The notes under the pieces: generated by a model | What the model was told of the DNA's origin: nothing | The model's database searches: none | What the model saw: the letters and a program-made list of their open reading frames with translations, nothing else | In this document: in pieces, positions 9,784 to 20,394 of the stretch | How the letters are laid out: the number at the start of each line of letters is the position of its first letter | Position numbering within the stretch: the first letter of the stretch is position 1 | Program-made: the position numbers and the translations under genes | Assembly: GCA_050251055.1 (NCBI GenBank) | Contig: JBFWNL010000002.1 | Location: forward strand, 64,001-128,000 | Source of the DNA: Bacteriovoracia bacterium | GTDB lineage: Bacteria; Bdellovibrionota; UBA1018; JBFWNL01 | Reading direction: 5' to 3' | Length of the DNA stretch: 64,000 nucleotides

Positions 9784-11859
9784 TCACTCCTGCCCTAAGG
9801 CTTCCACGCGCGTGACGGGCGGCAAACAGGCCTTGCCTTGGCAAAGATAAAAACTCGTTTCGCCCCGAACCGCCTTCCAGGCGCCGTCGGGCTTGCGCCA
9901 GAGCTTCACCACGTGTGGCAAGAAGCGCCGCCCGAGCCCCCGCGCCGCCGCCGCTTCCCCTTCGCCACGAACGATGACGAGCTGACGGGCGCCCGCCTGG
10001 CTAAAATCGACGGCCACCATGAGTTGGGCAACCGCGGGCGAGCTTCGCTCGACCCGCTCTCGCCAGGCGGAAAAAATACGGCGCGCCCGAGCCTCTAGGC
10101 GCGCGGCTTCGTCTAGCTCGCTGAACTGAGCGAGGCGCTGGAGGTTCAATGCCATGAGCGACGTGGGGGTCGGCGTCACGCCATCATAATCCTCCACGGA
10201 ACGAAGCAGTAGCGTCGGATCGCTCCCGTCGTCTTGAAAATAAGTGCCGTCCGGTGCGGTGAAGGACTCGTCGAACTTCGCCTGTAGCCGTGCGGCACGC
10301 TCCCGCCACGGTCCTCCCTCTCGGTCCGCCTCGGCGAGCGCCAGCATTCCGTGAATCAAGTAGGCGTAGTCGTCGGCCAACGCGGAAAACCGCGCTTCGC
10401 CGTCCGCCCAGCGCCGAAGGAGCCGTCCGCTCCCGGCTTCGGATCGCCAGAGTTCACGCCAGATGAACTCCGCGGCCCGCCGGGCGGCCTGCAGGTACTT
10501 CTCCTCGCCTAGGACTTCATAGCCGCGCGCAAAAGCCGCGATCATCAGGCCGTTCCATCCGGCGATGATCTTCGTGTCCAGATGGGGCCGGGGACGCCGG
10601 TTCCGGTGCGCGAGCAGCTTCGTCGCCGCGGAACGCCAAGCTGGGTCGTCGCCTCCCGCCCAAGCCATGGCTGGTTGTAAGCACAGGATGTTACGGCCCT
10701 CGAAATTTCCCTCCCGACAAACACCGAAGAGGCGTTTCGCCGCGTTCAGCTCCTCGGCCTCCAGTAGCCCGGTCACCTCGTCCCAGCTGAAAGTATAAAA
10801 ATAACCTTCATACTTACTCCCCACGCGGGCATGGCCCGAGGTGGGGGCGTGCTCACCGGCGGGCACCTCGCTATCGGCGTCCTCTGCCGCAAAAAAACCT
10901 CCATCGGGATGCGTAAGGTCCCGTAGCACGTACTCGAAAGTGGCGCGCGCCACCTCGGCGTATTCGTCCTTCCCGAAGAGCTGAAACGCTTCGAGGTAAA
11001 CGGGCGGCAACAGGGCGTTGTCGTAAAGCATTTTCTCAAAATGCGGCACGACCCAGGCCTCGTCGACGGAGTAGCGGTGGAACCCTCCTCCCAGGTGATC
11101 GAACATTCCCCCGCGAGCCATGCCGTCGAGCGTGCGCGTGACCCATTCAGCAATCTGGGGTCGACGATCGCGAAACCTTGGCTGCTCGTGAGCGCGCAGA
11201 AGCGCCTGGAGATTCATGGTTTGGGGAAACTTGGGGCGGTGATTGAAGCCGCCATTACGGGGATCAAAAGCGGTTTCGTAATAGGAAACGAAACGAGGCC
11301 AAACGGATTCGGAAAATGCCCCCGCCGCGCTACCGTCCGGATCACCAGGGCCGAGCGAAGGGGTGACCTGCGCGTTTTCCTCGAGCAACTTCGTAAGCTC
11401 GCCCGCGCCGTGCTTCAACTTCTCCGGATCTTCCCGCCACACGCGGGAGATTTCGCCTAAAAGGTGCAGAAAATGCGCCTTCGGGAAATAGGTCCCGCCG
11501 TAAAACGGCTTACCGTCCGGCAGTAACCACACCGACATCGGCCAACCGCCCGAGCCCCGCATCGCTTGCACGGCCGCCATGTAGATGGAATCGACATCCG
11601 GCCGTTCTTCACGATCCACCTTCACGGAAACGAAAGATTCATTCAGGGCGCGCGCAACCTCCGCGTCCTCGAAAGACTCGTGCTCCATCACGTGGCACCA
11701 GTGGCAAGTGGAGTAACCCACCGACAGGAAAATGGGTTTGTTCTCCTGTCTCGCCCGCGCGAGCGCCGCCTCCCCCCAAGGCTGCCACCACACCGGATTC
11801 TGGGCATGCTGACGAAGATAAGGGCTTTTTTCCAGGTGTAGTAGATTCGTGGGGTTCAC
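9784..11859 (-). CDS. Thioredoxin-domain protein, DUF255/YyaL/SSP411 family
   Basis: [51 protein letters not shown]. Confidence 0.92.
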   Translation of the reverse strand: MNPTNLLHLEKSPYLRQHAQNPVWWQPWGEAALARARQENKPIFLSVGYSTCHWCHVMEHESFEDAEVARALNESFVSVKVDREERPDVDSIYMAAVQAMRGSGGWPMSVWLLPDGKPFYGGTYFPKAHFLHLLGEISRVWREDPEKLKHGAGELTKLLEENAQVTPSLGPGDPDGSAAGAFSESVWPRFVSYYETAFDPRNGGFNHRPKFPQTMNLQALLRAHEQPRFRDRRPQIAEWVTRTLDGMARGGMFDHLGGGFHRYSVDEAWVVPHFEKMLYDNALLPPVYLEAFQLFGKDEYAEVARATFEYVLRDLTHPDGGFFAAEDADSEVPAGEHAPTSGHARVGSKYEGYFYTFSWDEVTGLLEAEELNAAKRLFGVCREGNFEGRNILCLQPAMAWAGGDDPAWRSAATKLLAHRNRRPRPHLDTKIIAGWNGLMIAAFARGYEVLGEEKYLQAARRAAEFIWRELWRSEAGSGRLLRRWADGEARFSALADDYAYLIHGMLALAEADREGGPWRERAARLQAKFDESFTAPDGTYFQDDGSDPTLLLRSVEDYDGVTPTPTSLMALNLQRLAQFSELDEAARLEARARRIFSAWRERVERSSPAVAQLMVAVDFSQAGARQLVIVRGEGEAAAARGLGRRFLPHVVKLWRKPDGAWKAVRGETSFYLCQGKACLPPVTRVEALGQE

Positions 11860-11919
11860 CCCCGGAAACCTAGCCGGTTTTATCGCCCCTGAAAAGCCGG
11901 AAACCGGCCCGAGCGCGAC

Positions 11920-12960
11920 CTAATCCTGCGGTTTGAAGTACTTCTGGTACGCGTCCTCGCCGTCCTTGAGCTGGCGAGTGGACGGTTTGATTCGTGACGG
12001 GCCTTCCGGCGCCGTTTTAAGCAGCCTTCCCGTAACCTGGGCATTCACGGCGTCCGTCGTGGTCGCGGGGTTCTGCTCCATCTGCGCGTAAAGCTCCGGA
12101 TCGTGGCGCTTGATGTCGGTTACCGTCATCGTGAGCGCCTGTTTTTCCAAGCCCTGTACCTTCGCGGCGAGCTCCGATTTTTCGTTCAACTTCGCTAAGT
12201 CCTGCTTCACCATCGACTCGGCTTGAATATCCGTAAGCTCCGTCTTCGTCGTCGCGCGCAGCTCGACCTTCGGCGCGACCGCCCCCGGAGCCGCATCCAC
12301 CGTTTTGGCTGTAACGGGCACCTCGGCCGTAAAGCCTTTTTTTACACTGATCGTCTGCTGCGGAGTGGCCTGTGGAGTCACCGCGACCTCGCCCCGCAGG
12401 ACCGAGACTTCCGTCACTGCTTGCTCGTGCGATTCCGAGACGAAAAAATCCGTGCCGCGTACCCCCATGGTCGCGGACCGGGTTTTAAGCTTGAGGCCGG
12501 AGCGCGGTCCGCCTTTCTCCACCAGCGCGCGGAGTTTCCCGTACACGAGCTCAAGCTGCGCCGAGGTTTTGGTGGCGTCCGGTTTCGCCTTCTCCGCCGC
12601 GTAAAGCCGGCCCTTCTTTCCTCGCTGCCAAGACACCCGATAGGCCGTGCCCTGGCCGAGGTTCAATTGATCGCCGTTCTCATAGACCACGCGCGCGCGG
12701 CCGTCGGTTGCCGTCTGCACGATGTTTCCGTTTTCCACCACGTCCCCCACCTTGGCAGACCGCACGGAATAATATTCGTTTTGATATTTCACGTGCGGAG
12801 CCGGGCCCTTCATCTCCTGCCCGGGATGATCGAATATCTGCACGCCGCCCTCTACCGCCGTCAAAACTCCGACTTGACTATCAGCGTATACGGGAGCAGC
12901 CACGAAGCCTGGCGCGAGGCAAATCAGGAATAAAACGGCGCGATCATTTTGGTTTTTCAT
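11920..12960 (-). CDS. Exported FecR-domain protein
   Basis: Signal peptide from ATG 12960; KTRSATMGVRGTDFFV and VSVLRGEVAV FecR-domain motifs. Confidence 0.75.
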   Translation of the reverse strand: MKNQNDRAVLFLICLAPGFVAAPVYADSQVGVLTAVEGGVQIFDHPGQEMKGPAPHVKYQNEYYSVRSAKVGDVVENGNIVQTATDGRARVVYENGDQLNLGQGTAYRVSWQRGKKGRLYAAEKAKPDATKTSAQLELVYGKLRALVEKGGPRSGLKLKTRSATMGVRGTDFFVSESHEQAVTEVSVLRGEVAVTPQATPQQTISVKKGFTAEVPVTAKTVDAAPGAVAPKVELRATTKTELTDIQAESMVKQDLAKLNEKSELAAKVQGLEKQALTMTVTDIKRHDPELYAQMEQNPATTTDAVNAQVTGRLLKTAPEGPSRIKPSTRQLKDGEDAYQKYFKPQD

Positions 12961-13025
12961 GGGGATCTTCTCTTTGTTATGATGGTTGAAACGACAGTAT
13001 AGCGGGCATTGAGGAGATTCCAAGC

Positions 13026-13733
13026 ATGAAACTCGGAAGTAGAATGGGAGCGTTTGTCGCGTTGATCGCATTTTTTTCCACCCACGTGGTCGGTGCCGCG
13101 GAGACCTACGATTACCCTGAATTGATGGTAACGCCGCTCGCCTCGGATCGACTGGGTATGCTAGCCAAGGATGAGCCCGGCACCCAATGGACGATGCACC
13201 TGCCGATCCAAATTTCTGCCTTAGCCACGACGTTGGCTGGCATCACCTACACGCCCAAGGCCTCGGTCGTAAGTCCCGACCCGACTCAAGCCATCGCGAT
13301 CGGGGTGGGCGCGGGATGGCTTGCGGTATCAACCTTCTTGGCCGCGACCTATAAACCCTACCAATCCGGCTTGGACTCGATCAAGGATCTCCCGACCAAG
13401 ACTAAGCGCGACCAGCTAACGAAGGAGCGCCTGGCCGAAGAAGCCCTCGAAAAGCCGGCTTCCCTGGCCCGGCGATTAATGTGGGTTTCGATCGCGACGA
13501 ACGCCAGCGCCTCCGCCTACCTCCTGTCCAAGGCCGACACCGGCACCTTCGGCGCGATCGCAATGGCCGCGGCCTTCGCTCCCCTGCTTTTCCAATACAA
13601 GTGGCAGGATGTGGCGCGCTCGCAGCGTGAGTATAAGAAGCGCATCTACGCACCGGTGGCCGGCGCCACCCTTCTGCCCGAACCCGTTACGGGCAAGCTG
13701 CGCCCGGGTGTAAGCCTAGCGTTTTTCTTTTAG
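13026..13733 (+). CDS. Hypothetical exported/membrane protein
   Basis: GAGGAG RBS, signal peptide, several hydrophobic helices, aromatic C-terminus. Confidence 0.6.
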   Translation: MKLGSRMGAFVALIAFFSTHVVGAAETYDYPELMVTPLASDRLGMLAKDEPGTQWTMHLPIQISALATTLAGITYTPKASVVSPDPTQAIAIGVGAGWLAVSTFLAATYKPYQSGLDSIKDLPTKTKRDQLTKERLAEEALEKPASLARRLMWVSIATNASASAYLLSKADTGTFGAIAMAAAFAPLLFQYKWQDVARSQREYKKRIYAPVAGATLLPEPVTGKLRPGVSLAFFF

Positions 13734-14573
13734 CCCCGGGGTTGCGGGCGCGCCCCGCTTTTCGGGCGCCAACGATGACCGTAAGGCCATCTGCTTGGCA
13801 AAGGCCAGGGCTTCATTCACCGGCATCTGCAAACCCCCGCTCGCCACCGCGTACTTGTAAGCTTGCGCGAAATTCTCCGCCGATTGCGGGCCACTGCCCA
13901 CGATCTCCTCGGCGAGCCTGAGCGCTTCCCCCGTTGAGCGGCCCGGCAAACCCGTCGTGATGAATTGAAAAAGCTCGCGGAACGCGGGTGATAGTGGCCG
14001 ATCGAAGCCTTCGTTTTGAATCGCCACCTTCTTCGCCAGCTCCGCGCACCGATATTTAGGGAGCGCCAACTCGCGCTCCTTCATGCAGAAGTGAACAATC
14101 GCCTCGAAGTCCTGTCGCGCGTACTCCGAGCTACCCGCGAAACTCACCGAAAGATCCCGGGCCGTCTCCAGGGCTGCCCGCACATCTAGATCCAGGCCAT
14201 CGCTGGCGTAGGCGGCGGAAAAGATATCCGTGAACGCCGTGAACTTCTCGTCGCCCATTTGCGCGAGCTGCACGGAAGTTTTCAGTGCATCCGCAACGGG
14301 CACGCCCGCTTTGATCAGGAGCTCATTTCCCCGGACGAACCGTCGAGCGGCCTCGCTGCACCCGAGGGACACGTCGTCGGCGAGTTTCCGCGCCGCCGCC
14401 TCGGTTAGCGCGAAGTCCTTGTGGTCCCGCAAATACTCGAGCGCCGTGACGTATTCACGGGCGGAGGTGCAGTGTTCCTTCAAGGCGATGGGCGGCGAAA
14501 CTTCTCCCCGGGCCATGCTTCCCACTAATGAAATACCAACCAGTCCCCCAACCAATCCGATGAAGATGCGCAT
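13716..14573 (-). CDS. Hypothetical exported helical protein
   Basis: Signal peptide; internally repeated helical units ending in GL-x-(L/M)-x-V-x-x-AL. Confidence 0.6.
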   Translation of the reverse strand: MRIFIGLVGGLVGISLVGSMARGEVSPPIALKEHCTSAREYVTALEYLRDHKDFALTEAAARKLADDVSLGCSEAARRFVRGNELLIKAGVPVADALKTSVQLAQMGDEKFTAFTDIFSAAYASDGLDLDVRAALETARDLSVSFAGSSEYARQDFEAIVHFCMKERELALPKYRCAELAKKVAIQNEGFDRPLSPAFRELFQFITTGLPGRSTGEALRLAEEIVGSGPQSAENFAQAYKYAVASGGLQMPVNEALAFAKQMALRSSLAPEKRGAPATPGLKEKR

Positions 14574-14727
14574 AGTTTTAATAGTAAATCCGAACGGATT
14601 TTACATAGAGCGTTATCCTACTTAGGTGATCTTATAGGGTCTCAACTGCAATGATCGCACTTTTGTAAAAAGAGCCAAAATCAGCGAAAAACTCAGTCTC
14701 CACGCGGACCTAACGCAACCCTAACAA

Positions 14728-14774
14728 ACGCTACTTATAGTGTCATAAACTTATCAACCCCCCATATATTGTGG
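14728..14774 (+). promoter_or_regulatory. Tandem NrdR boxes upstream of nrdA
   Basis: acgctacttatagtgt (14728-14743) and cccccatatattgtgg (14759-14774) match acaCwAtATaTwGtgt and start 31 bp apart; TTGACA at 14783 follows. Confidence 0.85.
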
Positions 14775-14881
14775 TACCCCCTTTGACAAAACCCCACACA
14801 CCCCTCAGTCTGGACTCAACAGCAAGCATTTTGAGTACGGGCGCACCAGGCCACATCAGACGAAGATTCACGGAGGAAACG

Positions 14882-17479
14882 ATGGCAGATTTGATCCTAA
14901 ACCCTCAGCCCCTAGCCGGCAAAACCAATGGCTCCCCGCAAAAAGGCTCCAGCGAAGGTGATTCGGGCAAGCTTGTCCTGAATACGCGCCCAATGGGTGA
15001 AAATACCCGTCCGGTTGGCACCACTACTTCGTCCCAAAACACGGTCTGGGGCGGCACTTCCATGAAAGTCTGCAAGCGCGACGGCACGTGCGAACCCGTC
15101 GACCTCAACAAGATCGTCGCCCGTGTCGGCACCTGCGCGATCGGCCTGCACTCGGTGGACACGATGCGGATCGCGACCAAGGCCATCAGCGGACTGTATG
15201 ACGGCGCCAGCACGCAGGAACTCGACCAGCTCTGTATCCAAACCGCGGCACTACTCATCGGCGAAGAGCCGGAGTACTCTCGGCTTGCCGCCCGCCTGCT
15301 CGCCGTTTACGTCGACGAGGAAGTCGCCAGCCAAGGCATTAAATGTTTCTCCGAATCCATCGAGCTCGGTTTCCGAGTGGGGTTGATCGCGAAGGAAACG
15401 CATCAGTTCGTGATGCAGAACAAGGCGATCCTAGATGCCGCGACCGACCGCTCGCGCACGGATCTCTTCGAGTACTTCGGCCTGCGCATCGTCTATGACC
15501 GCTATCTTTTGAAGAATCCCTCCAGCCGCTTCGTGCTCGAAACCCCGCAGTACTTCTTCCTGCGCGTCGCCTGCGGCCTTTCGAAGAATGTCGACGAAGC
15601 CATCGAATTCTACCGGTTGATCTCGGCCCTGGATTACATGCCGAGCACGCCGACCCTGTTTAACTCCGCCACACGCCACCAACAGCTCTCGTCCTGCTAC
15701 CTCTTGGACTCGCCCGAGGATGACCTCGTGTCGATCTACAAGAAGTACATGGACGTGGCTATGCTTTCAAAGTTCGCCGGCGGGATCGGGCTTGCCTACC
15801 ACAAGGTCCGGTCCCGCGGCTCGCACATCGTCGGCACGAACGGCCAGAGCAACGGGATCGTCCCGTGGCTCAAGACGCTCGATTCGTCGGTGGCGGCCGT
15901 GAACCAAGGTGGCAAGCGCAAGGGCGCCTGCTGCGTTTACTTGGAAACCTGGCACGCGGACATCGATCAGTTCCTGGAGTTACGCGACAACACCGGCGAC
16001 GAATCCCAACGCACCCACAACCTCAACCTCGCCAACTGGGTTCCGGATCTCTTCATGGAACGGGTCGAAGCCGACGCCGACTGGTCGCTGTTCGATCCGA
16101 AGATCGTGCCGGAGCTCGTCGATCTCTACGGCGAGGAGTTCGAAAAGGCTTATATGGCGGCCGAACAGCGCGGGGTTTACGTGAAGCAGGTGAAGGCACG
16201 CGATCTGTATGCCCGCATGATGAAGACCCTGGCGCAAACCGGCAACGGCTGGATGACCTTTAAAGATGCCGCCAACCTCAAGTCCAATCAAACGGGTGAG
16301 AAGGGCAACGTCATTCACCTCTCGAATCTATGCACCGAGATCCTCGAGATTTCTTCCAAGAACGAAACCGCGGTTTGCAATCTCGGCTCGATCAATTTGG
16401 CAAAACACCTCAAGCACACCGATAAAGGCCTGGCTTTCGATTTCGAAAAGCTCGGTCGCAGCGCCCGCACGGCCGTGAAGTATCTGGACCGCGTGATCGA
16501 CATCAACTACTACCCGATCGCCACCGCCTCTTCGTCCAACCTGAAGTGGCGTCCGATCGGCCTGGGCGTCTTAGGCCTGCAAGACGTGTTTTTCCAGCTG
16601 GGGCTGCCGTTTGATAGCGCGGAGGCCCGCGAGCTTTCCCGCCAGATCCAGGAAGAAGTTTACTTCCATGCGGTGTCCACCTCCTGCGACCTGGCCCATC
16701 AGTTCGGACCCCATCCCGCTTTCTCTCAGACCCGCGCGGCCCGTGGCCTGCTTCAATTCGATCTTTGGAGCGCCCCCCATCCCCAAGGTCGTACCCCCGA
16801 CCGGTGGAACAAGCTCAAGGACCGAGTGAAGACCACGGGCCTGCGGAATTCCCTGATGATCGCGATCGCGCCGACGGCCACGATCGCGGCCATTATGGGA
16901 TCTTACGAAAGCATCGAGCCGATGGTTTCGAACCTCTTCAAACGCGAGACGCTCTCCGGCGAGTTCCTCCAGGTGAATCGCTACTTGGTCGCCGAGCTCA
17001 AAAAAGCCGGCCTCTGGGACGAAAACATGCGGGCGCGCATCAAGGCGGCCGAAGGCTCGGTTCAAGACATCGCCGAGATTCCGGAAAATCTCCGTCAAGT
17101 CTACCGTACGGTCTGGGAGATTCCGATGAAGTCGCTGATTGACATGGCGGCGGACCGGGGCGCGTTCATCGACCAAAGTCAGTCGCTGAATCTGTTCATG
17201 GAAAGCCCCTCGATCGGCAAGCTCTCCTCCATGTATATGTACGCCTGGAAGCGCGGTTTGAAGACCACGTATTACCTCCGCTCGCGCCCGGCGACGCGAA
17301 TCGCGAAGACGACGCTGTCGGCTTCCAGCGTGGCGACCGCGCCAACCGCGACGGTCTCCGTAGCGACGGCATCGGCAGCTGCGGAAACCGCTCTGCCGGC
17401 AACGAAGCCGACGTACTCGGACGCCGAAGCGGTCACCTGCTCGCTCGAAAACCCGAGCGCCTGCGAGGCCTGTCAGTAA
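14882..17479 (+). CDS. nrdA: Class Ia ribonucleotide reductase alpha subunit with ATP cone
   Basis: GGAGG RBS before ATG 14882; ATP cone VCKRDG; TPTLFN, SSCYL, SNLCTEI, APTAT, KTTYYLR, C-terminal CEAC. Confidence 0.96.
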   Translation: MADLILNPQPLAGKTNGSPQKGSSEGDSGKLVLNTRPMGENTRPVGTTTSSQNTVWGGTSMKVCKRDGTCEPVDLNKIVARVGTCAIGLHSVDTMRIATKAISGLYDGASTQELDQLCIQTAALLIGEEPEYSRLAARLLAVYVDEEVASQGIKCFSESIELGFRVGLIAKETHQFVMQNKAILDAATDRSRTDLFEYFGLRIVYDRYLLKNPSSRFVLETPQYFFLRVACGLSKNVDEAIEFYRLISALDYMPSTPTLFNSATRHQQLSSCYLLDSPEDDLVSIYKKYMDVAMLSKFAGGIGLAYHKVRSRGSHIVGTNGQSNGIVPWLKTLDSSVAAVNQGGKRKGACCVYLETWHADIDQFLELRDNTGDESQRTHNLNLANWVPDLFMERVEADADWSLFDPKIVPELVDLYGEEFEKAYMAAEQRGVYVKQVKARDLYARMMKTLAQTGNGWMTFKDAANLKSNQTGEKGNVIHLSNLCTEILEISSKNETAVCNLGSINLAKHLKHTDKGLAFDFEKLGRSARTAVKYLDRVIDINYYPIATASSSNLKWRPIGLGVLGLQDVFFQLGLPFDSAEARELSRQIQEEVYFHAVSTSCDLAHQFGPHPAFSQTRAARGLLQFDLWSAPHPQGRTPDRWNKLKDRVKTTGLRNSLMIAIAPTATIAAIMGSYESIEPMVSNLFKRETLSGEFLQVNRYLVAELKKAGLWDENMRARIKAAEGSVQDIAEIPENLRQVYRTVWEIPMKSLIDMAADRGAFIDQSQSLNLFMESPSIGKLSSMYMYAWKRGLKTTYYLRSRPATRIAKTTLSASSVATAPTATVSVATASAAAETALPATKPTYSDAEAVTCSLENPSACEACQ

Positions 17480-17517
17480 CCCGCGTACATAAATCGAATT
17501 AGAACTTTAATGCAGTA

Positions 17518-17544
17518 CGGCGTCCGGAGGGAATTCGGGCGTCG
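17518..17544 (+). other. GC-rich hairpin between nrdA and nrdB
   Basis: cggcgtccgga-gggaa-ttcgggcgtcg can pair over 11 bp including G-U pairs; no U-tract, so more likely an mRNA stability element than a terminator. Confidence 0.4.
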
Positions 17545-17579
17545 AAGGGAATCTTTTCCCGAAAAAAGAGGAGCTTAAA

Positions 17580-18578
17580 ATGATCTTGAACCCCGGACTC
17601 AATCTAACCTTACGGCCCATGAAATATCCCGTGTTCTACGAGATGTACCGGAACTCGATCAAAAATACCTGGACGGTCGAGGAAGTGGATCTTTCGCACG
17701 ACCTAGCCGACCTGCATGGGAAACTCAGCCCGGCCGAAAAGCACTTAATCAGCCGCTTGGTCGCGTTCTTCGCCACCGGCGACTCCATCGTGGCCAATAA
17801 TCTCGTGCTCAACCTCTATAAGCACATTAACTCGCCGGAGGCCCGCCTATTCCTCTCGCGCCAGCTTTACGAAGAAGCCCTGCACGTGCAGTTCTACCTC
17901 ACGTTGCTCGACACCTATATCCCCCACCCCGATGATCGGGCCAAGGCGTTCTCGGCCATCGACAATATCCCCTCGATTCGCCAGAAGGCACAATTTTGTT
18001 TCAAGTGGATGGACTCGATCAATACGCTCGACGCGTTGAATACACCGGCGGATCGCCGCAAGTTCCTGCTCAACCTCATTTGCTTCGCTGCGTGCATCGA
18101 AGGGCTCTTCTTCTTCGCCGCGTTCGCCTACGTCTATTTTCTGCGCTCCAAAGGCCTGCTTAATGGCCTGGCCACCGGAACGAACTGGGTATTCCGCGAC
18201 GAGAGCGCGCACATGGCTTTCGCATTCAAGACGATCGAAACCATCCGCGCGGAAGAGCCCACGCTCTTTGACGAAGACCTCAACCGCCAAATCGTACAGA
18301 TGATGATCGAAGCGGTGGACTGCGAGACCGCGTTCGCCGAAGACATTTTGGGCCACGGCGTGGCCGGACTCTCGATCACGGACATGCGCAAATATCTCGA
18401 ATTCGTTGCCGATCAGCGCCTCATGAACTTGGGTATTCAGCCCGTCTTCCATTCCCGTAACCCCTTCGGGTTCATGGAGCTGCAAGACGTGCAAGAACTC
18501 GCCAACTTTTTCGAACGCCGCGTATCCGCGTACCAGGTCGGCGTCACCGGTCAGGTGAGCTTCGAAGAGGCATTTTAA
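17580..18578 (+). CDS. nrdB: Class Ia ribonucleotide reductase beta subunit
   Basis: FFATGD, EEALHVQFY (radical Tyr present), IEGLFF, RDESAH, NFFERRVSAY. Confidence 0.96.
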   Translation: MILNPGLNLTLRPMKYPVFYEMYRNSIKNTWTVEEVDLSHDLADLHGKLSPAEKHLISRLVAFFATGDSIVANNLVLNLYKHINSPEARLFLSRQLYEEALHVQFYLTLLDTYIPHPDDRAKAFSAIDNIPSIRQKAQFCFKWMDSINTLDALNTPADRRKFLLNLICFAACIEGLFFFAAFAYVYFLRSKGLLNGLATGTNWVFRDESAHMAFAFKTIETIRAEEPTLFDEDLNRQIVQMMIEAVDCETAFAEDILGHGVAGLSITDMRKYLEFVADQRLMNLGIQPVFHSRNPFGFMELQDVQELANFFERRVSAYQVGVTGQVSFEEAF

Positions 18579-18629
18579 TTTGGCGCATCCCCCCTTGCGC
18601 TTCCGGGGAGAACCCGTAAAATCGCGGGC

Positions 18630-19490
18630 ATGAATCGTACCCCTGCTCGAGTTTTTTTCGGCATAGTCGGCGCCCTCCTCCTGTTCCCGCGGGCGGAAGC
18701 CTATATCTCGGGATCCGTCTCCGCCGGTCCGGGTAAAAGTGACGTGGAGCTCACCGCTAGCTTCGAACGCGGACGACTCGGGGCTCAGAACATCCCCGAG
18801 TCTCAGATCACCCAAAACTCCTCGATCACGACGTATGATCTCAAGGTGGGGCACAACTTCGGCGCCTGGGGCGGGCTCGAAGACGTCACCCTTCGCCTCT
18901 CCGGACGGTATTTCGGTAGCGCGCCCGAAGCCATGGGCGCCACGCCGACGTACGGCGAAGATTCCGGCGGCGTATTCGGTTTGGAAACGAGCGCAAACTT
19001 CCTACACGAGCCCGAACGGGTGGTCGGTGCGTTCGCTCGCTTCTCGCTGCCTTCGGGCATGAATCGGGCAAAGTTCGCCAATCCCAAGGTGGATACTTTT
19101 GCCTTAGGACTACAGGGCGGATTTGAAATCTCTTCCACCTTCGGCTTCGAAACCCTTTGGTATTACGGCACGGGTCTGCTTGACTCCGGCATCCGCATGC
19201 AGAACGCCTCGCTGGTGGGATCGTCCCTTCTCTCGGCGCGCTGGCCCTCGGCCTGGCCTCAGGGCCTCACTCTCAAGTTTGGTCCCTTCTTCGAGTCGGA
19301 GCTCACGGAACGAAACGACACGGTATACGGGACCACGGGCATTCGCGGCTTTCGGGTCGGCCTCACCGCCATCGGATCGGTTGCCTTCACTTCCGCGCTG
19401 GGGATGGATCTCGGATACGTGCAAAAGCTTTCGGGCGCTTATTTCCGCGCAACTAAGGATGTATTCGTTTCTCTGAAAGCGACTTGGTGA
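18630..19490 (+). CDS. Putative outer-membrane beta-barrel protein
   Basis: Signal peptide, alternating amphipathic strands, C-terminal VFVSLKATW. Confidence 0.6.
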   Translation: MNRTPARVFFGIVGALLLFPRAEAYISGSVSAGPGKSDVELTASFERGRLGAQNIPESQITQNSSITTYDLKVGHNFGAWGGLEDVTLRLSGRYFGSAPEAMGATPTYGEDSGGVFGLETSANFLHEPERVVGAFARFSLPSGMNRAKFANPKVDTFALGLQGGFEISSTFGFETLWYYGTGLLDSGIRMQNASLVGSSLLSARWPSAWPQGLTLKFGPFFESELTERNDTVYGTTGIRGFRVGLTAIGSVAFTSALGMDLGYVQKLSGAYFRATKDVFVSLKATW

Positions 19491-19561
19491 CGGCGTCCGC
19501 TGCAGAGTCCGCTACAGACTAAAAATTGACATCTAGCATCTTCTGGTCGAGAAACGGGCAC

Positions 19562-20392
19562 ATGCAACTTCTGCGATTAAGCTTAGTCCTAGCCTTAACG
19601 ATTGGACTCGGTAGCGTAAGCCTCGGCCACGCGCAAGAGTCGTCCTCCGATTCGCTTTCGGGCTCTAATACGGCCAAGCTGAGCGGCATCGACTATTCGG
19701 CGGCGTTACGGGCTCGCAGCTACCCCTTCGGGGCCAACCTCGGCATCACCGGCGGGTTCGCGCGCAAGCATGAATGGACGCCCGGCTCCAACTGGAAATT
19801 CGGTTACGTGCGCGCATCCGCAAGCTACGAAACCAGCGTCGTGCTCAACCGTCTTATCGCGCAGATCGACGTCTACCCGATCTCCATCCTGGGCGTGAGC
19901 TTCGGCCAAAGCTACGGTTGGCGGGCGTTCGACAATTCCGCATTCGATTGCACCGTTTTCGTCTGTCGGGGCTTACTGCGTCGCACTTACCTAGAAGCAC
20001 GCTCCATTCTCCAGGCTTGGCGACTCACCCTCGTGAACAGCGCCCGTTTCGAGTACCTGGTACCAAGCGACGATTCGCGTCCGGGCGCCCAGTTCTCCGA
20101 CGAATCAAGCGTGCTCCCGGGTGCCTCCGGTGGAGACCACCTCTTCCGCTACGAAGGCGCCCTGGTCTACGAAATCCGCGAGCACCTTCATGCCGGCGGG
20201 TTATTTACCTGGAGCCGCATGTCGGGAACGGACACCACCCAGGACGCCGAATACGCGATCGTGAAATGGGATAACGGGCCTTGGAGCTGGGTGGGCGGCG
20301 TGGGGATGTTCTACTCCGATCGGAAACCCCGCGCCTTAAGCTTCGTGCTCTCTTTGCGCTGGACCGGCGCGAACGAATTGGGTTTATTCTAA
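19562..20392 (+). CDS. Putative outer-membrane beta-barrel protein
   Basis: Signal peptide from ATG 19562 (AHA), aromatic-rich amphipathic strands, ends in F. Confidence 0.55.
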   Translation: MQLLRLSLVLALTIGLGSVSLGHAQESSSDSLSGSNTAKLSGIDYSAALRARSYPFGANLGITGGFARKHEWTPGSNWKFGYVRASASYETSVVLNRLIAQIDVYPISILGVSFGQSYGWRAFDNSAFDCTVFVCRGLLRRTYLEARSILQAWRLTLVNSARFEYLVPSDDSRPGAQFSDESSVLPGASGGDHLFRYEGALVYEIREHLHAGGLFTWSRMSGTDTTQDAEYAIVKWDNGPWSWVGGVGMFYSDRKPRALSFVLSLRWTGANELGLF

Positions 20393-20394
20393 GG

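Noticed and set aside
11873-11908. Inverted repeat gccggttt...aaaccggc between the FecR and DUF255 genes as a terminator
   Set aside because: Long loop and no clear U-tract; too weak to call.
17580-18578. Unusual (class Ic/Ie) RNR beta subunit
   Set aside because: Asp ligand, both ExxH motifs and the radical Tyr are present, so ordinary class Ia.
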